Part shown: positions 19,262-29,175 of the stretch, one piece after another
How the letters are laid out: each line of letters opens with the position of its first letter
Numbering within the stretch: position 1 is the stretch's first letter
DNA from: Chthoniobacterales bacterium
GTDB taxonomy: Bacteria; Verrucomicrobiota; Verrucomicrobiia; Chthoniobacterales; Chthoniobacteraceae
Assembly (NCBI GenBank): GCA_038207335.1
Contig: JBBQZX010000026.1
Location: forward strand, 11,466 to 75,465
DNA length: 64,000 bases
Reading direction: 5' to 3'
The notes under the pieces: model-generated
Seen by the model: the letters and a program-made list of their open reading frames with translations, nothing else
What the model was told of the DNA's origin: nothing
The model's database searches: none
Translations under genes and position numbers: made by a program

Positions 19262-20257
19262 CTACCGCGGCGGACCGCCGACGTAGTTCACGCTCGCCGC
19301 GACTTTCAGAGCGGTCGCCGCGCCGTCCTCGATTTGCGGCGCGCCGAGGAATGTCCGATAAAACAAGACGCCCGCGTTTTTCAGGGCGCCGGTGACTGCG
19401 GGTTTTCCGCGGATGATCGGCACAGCAGCCGCGTAACTGAGCAGAGGGATGCGACGCGGTGCCTCACCCTGCACACCCGCGATCACGATTTGCGGCGTGA
19501 TATTCAAAATGAGCGCGCCTCCTGCCAGCTCAGCGCTCAACCGCAGCTCCGTCCCCGCCGCGCTCCACGCGGGCTCCGAATTGTCGATCGCGTGCGACTT
19601 TAGTGCCAGCGCCCGGAGCGCACCGATATCCGTGACCTCCCGGACCACCGGCACATCGACTGGCTTGCCGACCACTAGCGATGCTGAGACCCGCCGCGCG
19701 ACTGCGTTCTCCTGCCGCCGTTCCACAATCTCGGACCCCACATCCGAGCCGACCGGGCGCGGACGGTCGAAATGCGGTGTGCTCGGGATGACCGTCACGC
19801 CACCCGATCCGTTCGCGATGATACGCGGCGGATCGTATCGCGAGGGCACCGGGATTCCCGTCTCCTCCGATGGCGTACGCGGCGCGGGACGCCGCACCGT
19901 GCGCTCCGTGAACGTGAGGAAATTCAACTCGACCGGCACGAGTGCGGGGGCCATTTCCAACTGCGTGAGCACGCGCCGGGCGGCCTCGATATTCGCGGGC
20001 GTGTCCGTGATACGCACCGGCCCATCGACACTCACGTATCGAAATGTCCCCTGCGGTGAAAGTGCCTTGCGGACCGCAGGCGCAACCCAGCCGAGCGGCA
20101 GAAATCCGACCTGCACGTCCTCCGTTCGCACGGGTGCCGCCCCGTTTCCGGCCACCGTCAGGCTGCAGAGAGCGGACGCGAGCAGCAGCGGGAGCGCATT
20201 CATCCGTGAAGGTTTCGTCATCGCGCCGCGTCGGTCAAATTTCGAAGTCAGACTCAC
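19262..20257 (-). CDS. Secreted hypothetical protein with weak resemblance to a secretin N-domain
   Basis: Signal peptide (MNALPLLLASALCSLTVAG). The segment VRITDTPANIEAARRVLTQLE resembles secretin N1-type domains. The start is uncertain (20257, 20221 or 20203). Confidence 0.5.
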   Translation of the reverse strand: MSLTSKFDRRGAMTKPSRMNALPLLLASALCSLTVAGNGAAPVRTEDVQVGFLPLGWVAPAVRKALSPQGTFRYVSVDGPVRITDTPANIEAARRVLTQLEMAPALVPVELNFLTFTERTVRRPAPRTPSEETGIPVPSRYDPPRIIANGSGGVTVIPSTPHFDRPRPVGSDVGSEIVERRQENAVARRVSASLVVGKPVDVPVVREVTDIGALRALALKSHAIDNSEPAWSAAGTELRLSAELAGGALILNITPQIVIAGVQGEAPRRIPLLSYAAAVPIIRGKPAVTGALKNAGVLFYRTFLGAPQIEDGAATALKVAASVNYVGGPPR

Positions 20258-20364
20258 TCAGCTTGCCGATGGGAAGAGTTGTATCACGGCTCGGAGCTCG
20301 CGGTTGCAACGGAGCTTGTGCTTTTCCCGGTTGCCGGGCAGAAAACCGCTCCCCAATCCCCATT

Positions 20365-21117
20365 ATGAAATCCCACGCGTTCGTCGTTGCCTCATGTCTC
20401 CTCACTGCCGTCGCTTTTGCGGCGGAGCCGCCCGCAATCCCTGCGGAGCCGATCGCGAAAAAGAAGGAGCTGCTTTTCTCGGATGATTTCGAGGGGACGA
20501 CGACGGATAAGCGGTGGCATAAGGTGGTGGCGACTTTCGCGGTGGAAAATGGGGCGTTGAAGGGGACGCAGACGCGGACGGAGAATGTGCCGGCGACCGA
20601 TGGCAAGCCGGAAGTGACGGCGCATGCGGCCGTGCATGGGCTGGAGCTGCCGACGAAGAATAGTGTGGTGGAGGTGAAGATTCGCTTCGAAGGAGCATCG
20701 ATGATCGATGTGGAGTTCGACGACCGCGCTTTTACCGGATCGCACTACGGGCATCTGTGCCGGGCGCAGGTGCGGCTGGACAAGGTGACGATCGTCGATG
20801 AGCGGGACGGCTCGCAGAGCAATGCGCTGATCGAGTTGAAGAAGGATGCGGTGGCGAACAAGGCGGCAATCGGCAAGCTGTATGCGGAGCACAGCGCGAG
20901 TTTCCCGGCGAAGTTGGAGGCGGGGAAATGGTATACGATGGGGGTGGAGGTGGCGGGGGATGAGATGCGGGTGACGATCGATGGGAAGCCGGCGGGGTTC
21001 TTGAAGTCGGCGGGGATTGGCCATGAGACGAAGTCGAAGATCGAGCTGGGAGTGGCGGGGCACGATGGGCTTTTCGACGATATAAAGGTCTGGAACGCAG
21101 AGCCGGTGAAACCCTAA
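20365..21117 (+). CDS. DUF1080 (3-keto-disaccharide hydrolase-like, LamG fold) secreted protein
   Basis: Trimmed to ATG 20365 (MKSHAFVVASCLLTAVAFA). The pattern LFSDDFEG...W...G.L.G ... DDIKVW is characteristic of DUF1080. Confidence 0.78.
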   Translation: MKSHAFVVASCLLTAVAFAAEPPAIPAEPIAKKKELLFSDDFEGTTTDKRWHKVVATFAVENGALKGTQTRTENVPATDGKPEVTAHAAVHGLELPTKNSVVEVKIRFEGASMIDVEFDDRAFTGSHYGHLCRAQVRLDKVTIVDERDGSQSNALIELKKDAVANKAAIGKLYAEHSASFPAKLEAGKWYTMGVEVAGDEMRVTIDGKPAGFLKSAGIGHETKSKIELGVAGHDGLFDDIKVWNAEPVKP

Positions 21118-21141
21118 GGCGCACTTTTTCCTCTCACTGTC

Positions 21142-22041
21142 ATGAATATCCAGACTCGCCGCAGTTTCCTCGGGCTCACTCTCGCCGCGCTGCCGGGTTC
21201 CGCGCTGTTATCTTCTGCTAGCCGCCTCCTCGGCGCGGATTCGGCTGCGAAGCCGGACTCGAAATTTGCCGGAGTGCAGATCGGAATCAATGTGCCCTAC
21301 AGCTTCGCGAATGCGAAGATGAGCGGAGACGAGATTTTAAAAGATGTCGTGCAGCTCGGGCTGAGCGGGGTGGAGCTGCGGACGCAGCCGGTGGAGGCGT
21401 TTCTGGGAGCGCCGGAGGGGAAGCGCAGTGACTGGCGGAAGTCGATGTCGATGGATCGCGTGAAGGAGTTTCGCACGCAATGGGAGACGGCCGGCGTGCT
21501 CATCCAGATCGTGAAGGTGGACGGGGTTTTCAAGATGTCGGACGACGAAATCGACTACGCTTTCAATCTCGGGAAGGCGCTGGGGGCGCGTGCGCTGTCA
21601 TCGGAAATCTCGCACACGGAGGCGGAGCTGAAACGGGTGGGGAGTTTTGCGGACAAACACGAGATGCTGATCGGGTATCACGGACACGGAACGACGAAGC
21701 CGGAGGATTGGGAGAAGGCGTTTGCTGTAGCGAAATACAACGGGGCGAATGTCGATCTCGGGCACTTCGTGGCGGGAAACAACACGTCGCCGGTGCCGTT
21801 CCTGAAGAAGTATCACGAGCGGGTGACGCATGTGCATTTGAAGGATCGGAAGTTCAACAACGGGCCTAATACGCCGTTTGGGGAAGGGGATACGCCGATC
21901 GTGGAGGTGCTGCGGCTGATCCGGGATGAGAAGTGGCCGATTCAGGGGACGATCGAGTTTGAATACAAGGTGCCACCGGGCTCGGACCGGATGAAGGAGA
22001 TCGCGCGGGCGATCAATTACTGCCGCGAAGCACTGGTGTAA
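21142..22041 (+). CDS. Sugar phosphate isomerase/epimerase (xylose-isomerase-like TIM barrel) with Tat signal
   Basis: Twin-arginine leader MNIQTRRSFLGLTLAAL. GVELR, HGH and HLKD metal-ligand-like motifs of the AP_endonuc_2 fold. Confidence 0.85.
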   Translation: MNIQTRRSFLGLTLAALPGSALLSSASRLLGADSAAKPDSKFAGVQIGINVPYSFANAKMSGDEILKDVVQLGLSGVELRTQPVEAFLGAPEGKRSDWRKSMSMDRVKEFRTQWETAGVLIQIVKVDGVFKMSDDEIDYAFNLGKALGARALSSEISHTEAELKRVGSFADKHEMLIGYHGHGTTKPEDWEKAFAVAKYNGANVDLGHFVAGNNTSPVPFLKKYHERVTHVHLKDRKFNNGPNTPFGEGDTPIVEVLRLIRDEKWPIQGTIEFEYKVPPGSDRMKEIARAINYCREALV

Positions 22042-22169
22042 TTTTCGCCGCGGGCTGGAGGCTCTCGCGGCAGATGAGCGTTTTGAGCGCGTTCGCGCCA
22101 AAGCGAATCGATCGCGGTGCTGCAGATTTTTTGTAACCTCGTCTGCGCCGCTCGTCAGGAAGCGGGTGT

Positions 22170-24980
22170 ATGCAAAACTCTCCCGAAATTTGTCCGCACT
22201 GCCGCGCGCCGATTCCCGCCGATGCGCCGGGCGGCTTGTGCCCGTCATGTGTGCTGTTCGCCGCGGCGCAAACTGGCGATGCAGGCCCAGCCGGCACTGC
22301 TCCGACGCTGGAGGAAATCAGCGCGGCCTTTCCTGAACTTGAGATCCGCGAACTGCTAGGGCTCGGCGGCATGGGCGTCGTGTTTCAGGCACGCCAGCCG
22401 CGACTCGAGCGGCTCGTCGCGCTGAAGATTCTGCCGCCGACGCTCGCGCTACAGCCGGGCTTTGCCGAGCGCTTCACGCGTGAGGCGCGGGCGCTGGCGC
22501 GGCTTAATCATCCGCACATCGTAGCGGTGTACGATTTCGGAGAACGTGCCGGTTTTTACTACCTGTTGATGGAGTATGTGAACGGCGTGAATCTGCGGCA
22601 GGCGATGCGCGTGGGCGTGACGCCGGAGCAGGCATTGTTGCTCGTGCCGCGCATCTGCGAGGCGCTGCAATTTGCGCACGACCACGGTGTGTTGCATCGC
22701 GATATCAAGCCGGAAAATATCCTGCTCAGCACCAATGGCGTGCCGAAGCTCGCCGATTTCGGCATCGCGAAAATCGCCGGCGAAGTGGCTGGCGTCACCG
22801 GGCTCACGGCCAGCGGCGCGCAGCTCGGTACGGCGGCTTACATGGCTCCCGAACAGATCGAACATCCCTCGACGGTCGATCACCGCGCGGACATCTACAG
22901 CCTCGGCGTGGTGCTTTACGAAATGCTGACGGGAGAACTCCCGCTCGGTCGATTTGCGGCGCCTTCGGCAAGATCGGCAGTCGGACCAGACGTGGACGAC
23001 GTGGTCCTGCGCGCGCTGGAAAAAGAGCGCGAGCTCCGCCAGCAAAGCGCCACGGAGATGAAGACCGAGGTCGAGCACGCGAGCGCGGACGAAAAGAAGC
23101 GCACGCCCGCGTTGCCCTTGATGCAGTTGCCGTCGAGAGACCTCCCGTGGTCGCGTGCAGCGATGTGGGGCGCAGCGCTCGTCGCGGCCAGCATCCCCGT
23201 TGGCGGCATCATCGGCGCGATCGTTCGCAGCATCGTGAATCCATCCATCGACAGCGGGAGCCAGCTCAATGGCCCGATGGCAGGCAACATAATCATCTTC
23301 GGCTTCGTCTTCGGGCTCGCTGGCACGATTCTCGGCTGGAAGGCCGTGAGTGATGTGCGCTATCACCGCGGCCAACTTCGCGGCGGCGGCACGGCAGTTT
23401 TTGCGTCGCTCGCGCTGCCGGTGCTCGCGTTGCTAGTGACGGTCTTCGCAAATTTCACCGACATCCAGAAGGCGATCAGTCCCGGCGAGGATCGTCTGGC
23501 CGGCACCATCGTCGCCATCCTGGCCGTCATTGCTGCTTTGATCGCCTCCATTTTCGCCGTGAAGGCCTTGTGGAGTTCCGTCCACGGCGGCCCGATAGGC
23601 GGGCCGCTGCGGCGGGACTTTGGATTGCGAGGAGAGGACGTTAGCGCCTCGCAAGTCGGGCATTTTCCCAGCACTTCCCCGGCCGCCGGGAACATCTGGT
23701 CGCACCGGCTGCTCTTCCTGATCATCGGGCTGGTGGCGCTGCCATTCGTCGCCATCATGGTGTCATTGATCGCGTGGCGGCTCACTAACTTGAGCAACGA
23801 ACTCGGTGCAATGCAGAGCCGGATGCTGATGACGGGCTTCGCGCTTCTCCCCCTCCTCATCGGCGCGACGATCTGGTTTCTCTATCGCCGCACCCGCCCG
23901 CGGCCTCCGGCGCCGGGCGAAGCCGCGCTTCTGAGTCCATGGCCGAAGCGCATTTTCCTGCTCATCGTGGCACTCGTGGTCGTGCCCGTCGCCTTCATCC
24001 TGCTTTGGCTCGTTGTCCCCTATTTTGCAATGCGAGGCGCTCCGATGCCGACGACGACCATGCCCGTGGACGCCGCTTCGGTGGACGTGCATTACGGCAA
24101 GCCCGATCCCAGCGCCCCGGGCGTGCACAAAGTCACGCTCAATTCCCGCACGCCCTACGGATGGGTCACCGATTTTTCCTTTCGCATCCGTGACGAGAAA
24201 GGCGAACGCGAGTTGCCCGCTGCAAGCGAGATCGTCGCCCAACCGCAGGCATCCCAATCTCGCCATGCAGCGGAGGGAAATGGCGAGGTGGAGTTGGCAT
24301 ACTCCGTCCGCGATATGAAAGACGGGTACTTTCGACTCGACGCCAAAGTGAGCAGGGGCCACGCCGACCTGGTTTCCAGCGGATTTTCGAGTTCTACTCC
24401 TTTCCAGTGGGCGGCAAGTCCGGCGCGAACCGAGGCTTACGGCTTCCAAATCGCCGCAACGCCATTGCGAGTCGCCTTCCTCCGCGGGCTGCCCTCCGCA
24501 GCCGAAGGTGCGACCAAGCCCGAAGCGGAAATGTTCATCATGGTGAAATCCCGCCCGATGAACGTCCGCGAGAAGTCCGAAGGTTTCCGGGTATTCAACG
24601 GCGAGGATCGCTTTGAAAAACTCATCCCCTTGCGAGTGCGGCAGGACGAAGCCATCCAGCGCACCGAACAGCAGCTCGATGAAACCCGCGCGCGCATCAA
24701 GGCTGGCATTCCGACCACGAAGTCGTTGAAAACCGCGGAAATGGACCTCGCCATCGCCGAAGCCCGCGGCGACGAAGTGAAGATCGCGGAAACACGAGTG
24801 AAATTTGCGACGTTGGAACTCTCCCTCGCGAAAGCGGAGGTAGAAGCAGGTAAGAAGGCTCCATCCGTGGCGCTCGAAGCGGAACAGGTGCTCAACGCCG
24901 CGCGTCTGCAACTTGAGCAAGCACGCAAAAAATTCCGCGTAGCAGATGACGCTGCTTTGGAAAGGCCGACCGCCAGATGA
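22170..24980 (+). CDS. Ser/Thr protein kinase with N-terminal zinc-ribbon, multi-TM region and C-terminal coiled coil
   Basis: CPHCRAPI...CPSC; kinase motifs GLGGMGVV, ALK, HRDIKPENILL, DFGIA and APE; several hydrophobic helices; an MFP-like coiled coil at the C-terminus. Confidence 0.88.
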   Translation: MQNSPEICPHCRAPIPADAPGGLCPSCVLFAAAQTGDAGPAGTAPTLEEISAAFPELEIRELLGLGGMGVVFQARQPRLERLVALKILPPTLALQPGFAERFTREARALARLNHPHIVAVYDFGERAGFYYLLMEYVNGVNLRQAMRVGVTPEQALLLVPRICEALQFAHDHGVLHRDIKPENILLSTNGVPKLADFGIAKIAGEVAGVTGLTASGAQLGTAAYMAPEQIEHPSTVDHRADIYSLGVVLYEMLTGELPLGRFAAPSARSAVGPDVDDVVLRALEKERELRQQSATEMKTEVEHASADEKKRTPALPLMQLPSRDLPWSRAAMWGAALVAASIPVGGIIGAIVRSIVNPSIDSGSQLNGPMAGNIIIFGFVFGLAGTILGWKAVSDVRYHRGQLRGGGTAVFASLALPVLALLVTVFANFTDIQKAISPGEDRLAGTIVAILAVIAALIASIFAVKALWSSVHGGPIGGPLRRDFGLRGEDVSASQVGHFPSTSPAAGNIWSHRLLFLIIGLVALPFVAIMVSLIAWRLTNLSNELGAMQSRMLMTGFALLPLLIGATIWFLYRRTRPRPPAPGEAALLSPWPKRIFLLIVALVVVPVAFILLWLVVPYFAMRGAPMPTTTMPVDAASVDVHYGKPDPSAPGVHKVTLNSRTPYGWVTDFSFRIRDEKGERELPAASEIVAQPQASQSRHAAEGNGEVELAYSVRDMKDGYFRLDAKVSRGHADLVSSGFSSSTPFQWAASPARTEAYGFQIAATPLRVAFLRGLPSAAEGATKPEAEMFIMVKSRPMNVREKSEGFRVFNGEDRFEKLIPLRVRQDEAIQRTEQQLDETRARIKAGIPTTKSLKTAEMDLAIAEARGDEVKIAETRVKFATLELSLAKAEVEAGKKAPSVALEAEQVLNAARLQLEQARKKFRVADDAALERPTAR

Positions 24981-25723
24981 ATCCGAGCGCACGCACGTCC
25001 GCCTTTGCCGTCACGCGCTGGACCCTCGTTGCGCAGGCGAAGGGCGATGACGCGGGCGCACGGAACGCACTTAGCGAACTGTGCGCTGCGTATTACGAAC
25101 CCGTTGTCGCTTTTCTCCGCGCCGAGGGCCGCTCGGACGATGTCGCGCGCGATCTCGCGCACGGTTTTTTTGCCCGCGTGCTCGCGGGAAAATCGCTCGC
25201 TGGTGCGGACTCGGCGCGCGGGCGATTTCGCAGCTACCTACTCGGAGCGGTGAAACATTTTCTCGGAAACGAGCGTGCATCTGCCGCGGCGGAGAAGCGC
25301 GGAGGCGGCGCGGAACCTGTTCCACTCGAGCGCGACGAGTCGGAGGAAAACGACGGAAGCGTCGAAATCCCAGCGCCGCCGGGCGTGCGCGCGGATGAGG
25401 CATTCGAGCGCCAGTGGGCGTTGACGATCATCGCACGCGCTCTCGAAATCGTCGGAGATGAGATGCGCGCGGCGGGGAAGAGGGCGCATTTCGACACGCT
25501 CAAGCCGTGGCTCGTCGGCTCAGGCGCCGATACGCCTGCGCTTTCGCAATTGACCGTTGCGCAAGCACTGGGGCTGAGCGAGGGCGCGGTGAAGGTCGCG
25601 ATACACCGTCTTCGCCAGCGTTTTCGCGCAGCGGTGAAATCCGAGATCGCGCAGACCGTCCCCGCGGATGCGGATGTGGACGACGAACTGAATCATCTCG
25701 TCGCGGTGCTCGTTCGCGGGTAG
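24977..25723 (+). CDS. ECF-type RNA polymerase sigma factor (kinase-associated, 'TRWTLV' type)
   Basis: N-terminal TRWTLVAQAK, a sigma-2-like region (YYEPVVAFLR), and a sigma-4 HTH (LTVAQALGLSEGAVKVAIHRLRQRFR). The ATG overlaps the kinase stop (ATGA at 24977-24980). Confidence 0.85.
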   Translation: MNPSARTSAFAVTRWTLVAQAKGDDAGARNALSELCAAYYEPVVAFLRAEGRSDDVARDLAHGFFARVLAGKSLAGADSARGRFRSYLLGAVKHFLGNERASAAAEKRGGGAEPVPLERDESEENDGSVEIPAPPGVRADEAFERQWALTIIARALEIVGDEMRAAGKRAHFDTLKPWLVGSGADTPALSQLTVAQALGLSEGAVKVAIHRLRQRFRAAVKSEIAQTVPADADVDDELNHLVAVLVRG

Positions 25724-25764
25724 CGATAACGAAGATCGTCGGCTAACGGTTGCACGATACAACA

Positions 25765-25800
25765 CGACCGATCATGCCAATGATCCACGCAGATCGGTCG
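25765..25800. terminator. 9-bp inverted repeat between convergent sigma and Dabb genes
   Basis: cgaccgatc (25765-25773) pairs with gatcggtcg (25792-25800). The loop is 18 nt and there is no U-tract. Confidence 0.3.
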
Positions 25801-25812
25801 CACGGTATATTG

Positions 25813-26193
25813 CTACTTCCCCTTCACGATCGTCGGCACGAAATCCACGACGATCGCGCTGTCGAGAATCGGGCCGAGCAGCGCAACGAATGCCTTGTGC
25901 GCCGGGTGCACTAGATACGCATCGCGGTCGGCGGCGTTCTTGAAGGTCGCGATCCAGCAATGCGTGTAGCCCTCGTCGTGGCCTTCAGTGCTCACGTTTG
26001 TGCCATATTCCAGCGACTCGACGACCGGGATCTTCCCGCCAAGCGCGGCGAATTCATCGACGATCTGTTTCACCTGCTCCGCCGTGGCGTCGGCTTTGAA
26101 TTTGAAATGAACGACGTGTCGGATGGGACCGTCGGCGGCGAGAGCTGAGGCTGATATCATGGCGATGGCGGCGAGGAGGGTGAGGAATTTCAT
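25813..26193 (-). CDS. Dabb (stress-responsive alpha/beta barrel) family protein with signal peptide
   Basis: Track ORF trimmed to ATG 26193 (MKFLTLLAAIAMISASALA). IRHVVHFKFK...YLVHPAHKAF is typical of Dabb. Confidence 0.8.
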   Translation of the reverse strand: MKFLTLLAAIAMISASALAADGPIRHVVHFKFKADATAEQVKQIVDEFAALGGKIPVVESLEYGTNVSTEGHDEGYTHCWIATFKNAADRDAYLVHPAHKAFVALLGPILDSAIVVDFVPTIVKGK

Positions 26194-26283
26194 GGAGCAG
26201 GTGTTGCGGGAAGCCGTTCCGCTGGCAAGGCATTCCGCGATACTCCGAAACTTCGATGTTCGTCGTTCGCCATTCGATGCTCG

Positions 26284-27321
26284 ATGCTTCCACACGTGCA
26301 ACATCTCACCGCCATCCCCGCTACTGACCCGCTCGAAATCTACCGCGCCCGCGACGGCATTTATGGCGTCGATCTCCTCGCCGCCGGTATCGCGCATCTC
26401 GATTTTTTCACATGGCTCGCCGATCACCCAGCGACGCTCGGTTCGCTGTGCGCGCATTTTGAAATCAAAGTTCGCCCCGCGGACGTGATGCTCACGCTCT
26501 TCACCGCGATGGGTCTGGTGACACAGGCGGGCGGCTGCTTTCACCTCACGCTCCGCGCACGCGAGCATCTCGTCGCCGGCTCGCAGTGGTATCTCGCGCC
26601 CTACTACGCCGCGTTGAAAGACCGTCCGCAAACGCTCGACATGCTGCGCGTCCTGCGCACCGGCAAGCCCGCGAACTGGGGCAGCTACGACGCAGACGCA
26701 TGGGCGCAGGCGATGGAAAAACCCGAGTTCGCGGCGCAGTTCACCGCCGCGATGGACTGCCGCGGCGTCTACCTCGGACAGGCGCTCGCGAAAAAGGTGG
26801 ACCTCTCGGAGAGCCGTGCGCTGCTCGATATCGCGGGCGGCTCAGGCATCTACGCGTGCTCACTCGCCGCGCATTTTCCCGAGTTGCGCGCTACCGTTTT
26901 CGAGAAGCGGCCTGTCGATCGCATCGCCCGCGAAGCCATTGCGAGACAGGGTTGCAGCGAGCGCGTCGATGTGGTCGCGGGCGACATGTTCGCGTGCGAG
27001 CTGCCCGGCGGCTTCGACACGCATCTCATCTCGAATGTCCTTCACGATTGGGACGAGCCGGTGGTCCGCGACCTCCTCGCGAAATCTCACCGCGCACTCG
27101 GGCCAGGCGGTTTGCTCGTCGTCCACGACTGCCACATCAACAAAGAAAAGACTGGCCCGCTACCGGTCGCGAACTACTCCGCGCTGCTGATGCACTCGAC
27201 TGAGGGCAAATGCTATTCGCTCGGTGAAATGGCCACGTATCTCAACGACGCCGGATTCGAGTGGATCAAATTCGAACCGACTGCTGCCGACCGTAGCTTC
27301 ATTCTTTCGAGGAAAATCTGA
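26284..27321 (+). CDS. Class I SAM-dependent O-methyltransferase (Methyltransf_2 type)
   Basis: N-terminal dimerisation/winged-helix region, SAM motif LLDIAGGSGIY, DMF, and NVLHDW. Confidence 0.8.
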   Translation: MLPHVQHLTAIPATDPLEIYRARDGIYGVDLLAAGIAHLDFFTWLADHPATLGSLCAHFEIKVRPADVMLTLFTAMGLVTQAGGCFHLTLRAREHLVAGSQWYLAPYYAALKDRPQTLDMLRVLRTGKPANWGSYDADAWAQAMEKPEFAAQFTAAMDCRGVYLGQALAKKVDLSESRALLDIAGGSGIYACSLAAHFPELRATVFEKRPVDRIAREAIARQGCSERVDVVAGDMFACELPGGFDTHLISNVLHDWDEPVVRDLLAKSHRALGPGGLLVVHDCHINKEKTGPLPVANYSALLMHSTEGKCYSLGEMATYLNDAGFEWIKFEPTAADRSFILSRKI

Positions 27322-27383
27322 GACGCGCCCGGCTCTTGATCTTCCATCCAAGCCGAATGACTCTCCCGCTACTGATCCACCGT

Positions 27384-28679
27384 ATGAAACGCGTTTTCGT
27401 CTCGTTTGCCGTTCTCCTTGCCATCTCCTCCACCACACTCGCGGCGATCAAGTCGGAGGCTCCCGACTACTTCGCCCGCGCTCAGGACGCGATCTCGCGT
27501 CGCGACTTCGATTCTGCCCTGAACGCGCTCGATTCCGCTTTGAAAGAAGCGCCGGACAACGCCACGGCGCGGCTCTGGCGCGGGCGTTTGCGCGCGGATC
27601 GCGGCGCATTCGATCGCGCGCTGGAGGACTTGGACGAGGCTGTGCGACTCGCTCCGCAAAGCGCGGAAGCGATCGCTGCACGCGGATTCGTGAAGCAAAA
27701 AAAAGGGGACGCCGACGGCGCGCTCGCCGACTTCGACAGCGCGCTGCGAATCGATCCCGCGAACGATCTAGCGCTCTACTGCCGCGGCCTGCTGCACGGT
27801 GGTGCGGGGCAGTTGCAGGCCGCGCTTGGTGATCTCAATGCCGCGCTCGCCGCGAATCCGCGTAACTCTGCGGCGCTTGCGTCACGCGGCCAAATCCACC
27901 TCATGCGCCAGGAGATCGACGAAGCGACTGCGGACTTTGAGGCGTGTCTCGAAATCGATCCGAAGGATCCCGCCGGATTCACCGGCCGCGCTGCGGCGGA
28001 ATTTGCAAACGGCGACTACGAAAAAGCAGCCACCGACTACACGGAGGTCATCCGGTTGCTGCCCCAGGATTCGCGTCCCCTTGCGCAGCGCGGCTACGCG
28101 CGAGCGGCTCTAGAGCAGACCGACAAAGCGCTCGAAGACTTCGACGCCGCCTTGAAACTCGACCCGAAAGACACCGCCGCGCTGATCGGGCGCGCCGGGA
28201 TTCGTCGCGTACAGAAAAAGCTCCCCGAGGCGGTCGCGGATTACACCACGATCCTCGCCAGCGACGCCCGCGACCTGGGCGCTCTCATGGGCCGCGCCTC
28301 CGCGTTCTATGTGATGGGCGAACTCAAAAAAGCGACCGACGACTATGCCGTCGCTATCAAGTCCCGCCCGGACTTTCCGCAGGCATGGAACGACTACGCA
28401 TGGCTCCTCGCCACGGCGAAAGACGACGCCGCGCGCGATGGGAAAACCGCCGTCGAATACGCGACAAAAGCCTGCGAGCTGACCGACTGGAAAAACGGCG
28501 CATATCTCGACACGCTGGCCGCCGCAAACGCCGAGAAGGGCGACTTTGAAGCCGCGCTAAAGTGGCAAAACGAAGCCGTATCCGCCTCCGGCACCGAGCT
28601 CGAAGAAGTGCAGGCGGAAATCAAAAGCCGCATCGAACTTTACCAACAGAAAAAGCCCTACCGCGAAGAGCCGAAGTAG
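27384..28679 (+). CDS. Secreted tetratricopeptide (TPR) repeat protein
   Basis: Trimmed to ATG 27384 (MKRVFVSFAVLLAISSTTLAA). About 10 iterations of ...A..D(F/Y)..A(L/I)...P....A...RG.... Confidence 0.85.
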   Translation: MKRVFVSFAVLLAISSTTLAAIKSEAPDYFARAQDAISRRDFDSALNALDSALKEAPDNATARLWRGRLRADRGAFDRALEDLDEAVRLAPQSAEAIAARGFVKQKKGDADGALADFDSALRIDPANDLALYCRGLLHGGAGQLQAALGDLNAALAANPRNSAALASRGQIHLMRQEIDEATADFEACLEIDPKDPAGFTGRAAAEFANGDYEKAATDYTEVIRLLPQDSRPLAQRGYARAALEQTDKALEDFDAALKLDPKDTAALIGRAGIRRVQKKLPEAVADYTTILASDARDLGALMGRASAFYVMGELKKATDDYAVAIKSRPDFPQAWNDYAWLLATAKDDAARDGKTAVEYATKACELTDWKNGAYLDTLAAANAEKGDFEAALKWQNEAVSASGTELEEVQAEIKSRIELYQQKKPYREEPK

Positions 28680-28711
28680 CACCGGGTGGCGCACTCGGGA
28701 CGCATCCTTTC

Positions 28712-29173
28712 CTAAAGAGGTAACCTTTGTGCCTGACGGCAGCCCATCGTGAGCAACACGTTGGCCCAGAGGGATTGGTCGCCGGTTTGGATTGTGAGGA
28801 CGTGATCGGGGGACTCGACGAATTTGTAGAAGTCCCATTTCAGGATCGGCTCGAGCGCGAGTGTGACGCCCGCTTCGCTGAGGACGGTGCGGTATTCGTT
28901 CCAGACTGGCGGCTCTCCCGCGGCTGCGTAGGAGTCATCGGGCGGGATGCCCATCGTGTTCACACGGTCGATCGGAACGGCGCTCAGAATCGCGCGGAGG
29001 ACTTGCGCGCAGGTCACCAAGCCGGGTGAAAGATTGAGGCAGACGACCTCGGAATTCGGTCCGCGCTTTGTGGACGCGGGGTAATTTCCATCGGCGATGA
29101 GGATCGCGGAATGATGCCCGGCGCGGCCGAGCACGTCGTTGATTTTCGGATGAATGAGCTGGTGCTTGAGCAT
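28712..29173 (-). CDS. RbsD/FucU family sugar mutarotase/pyranase
   Basis: MLKHQLIHPKINDVLGRAGHHSAILIADGNYP matches the RbsD/FucU N-terminal signature. Confidence 0.85.
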   Translation of the reverse strand: MLKHQLIHPKINDVLGRAGHHSAILIADGNYPASTKRGPNSEVVCLNLSPGLVTCAQVLRAILSAVPIDRVNTMGIPPDDSYAAAGEPPVWNEYRTVLSEAGVTLALEPILKWDFYKFVESPDHVLTIQTGDQSLWANVLLTMGCRQAQRLPL

Positions 29174-29175
29174 GG

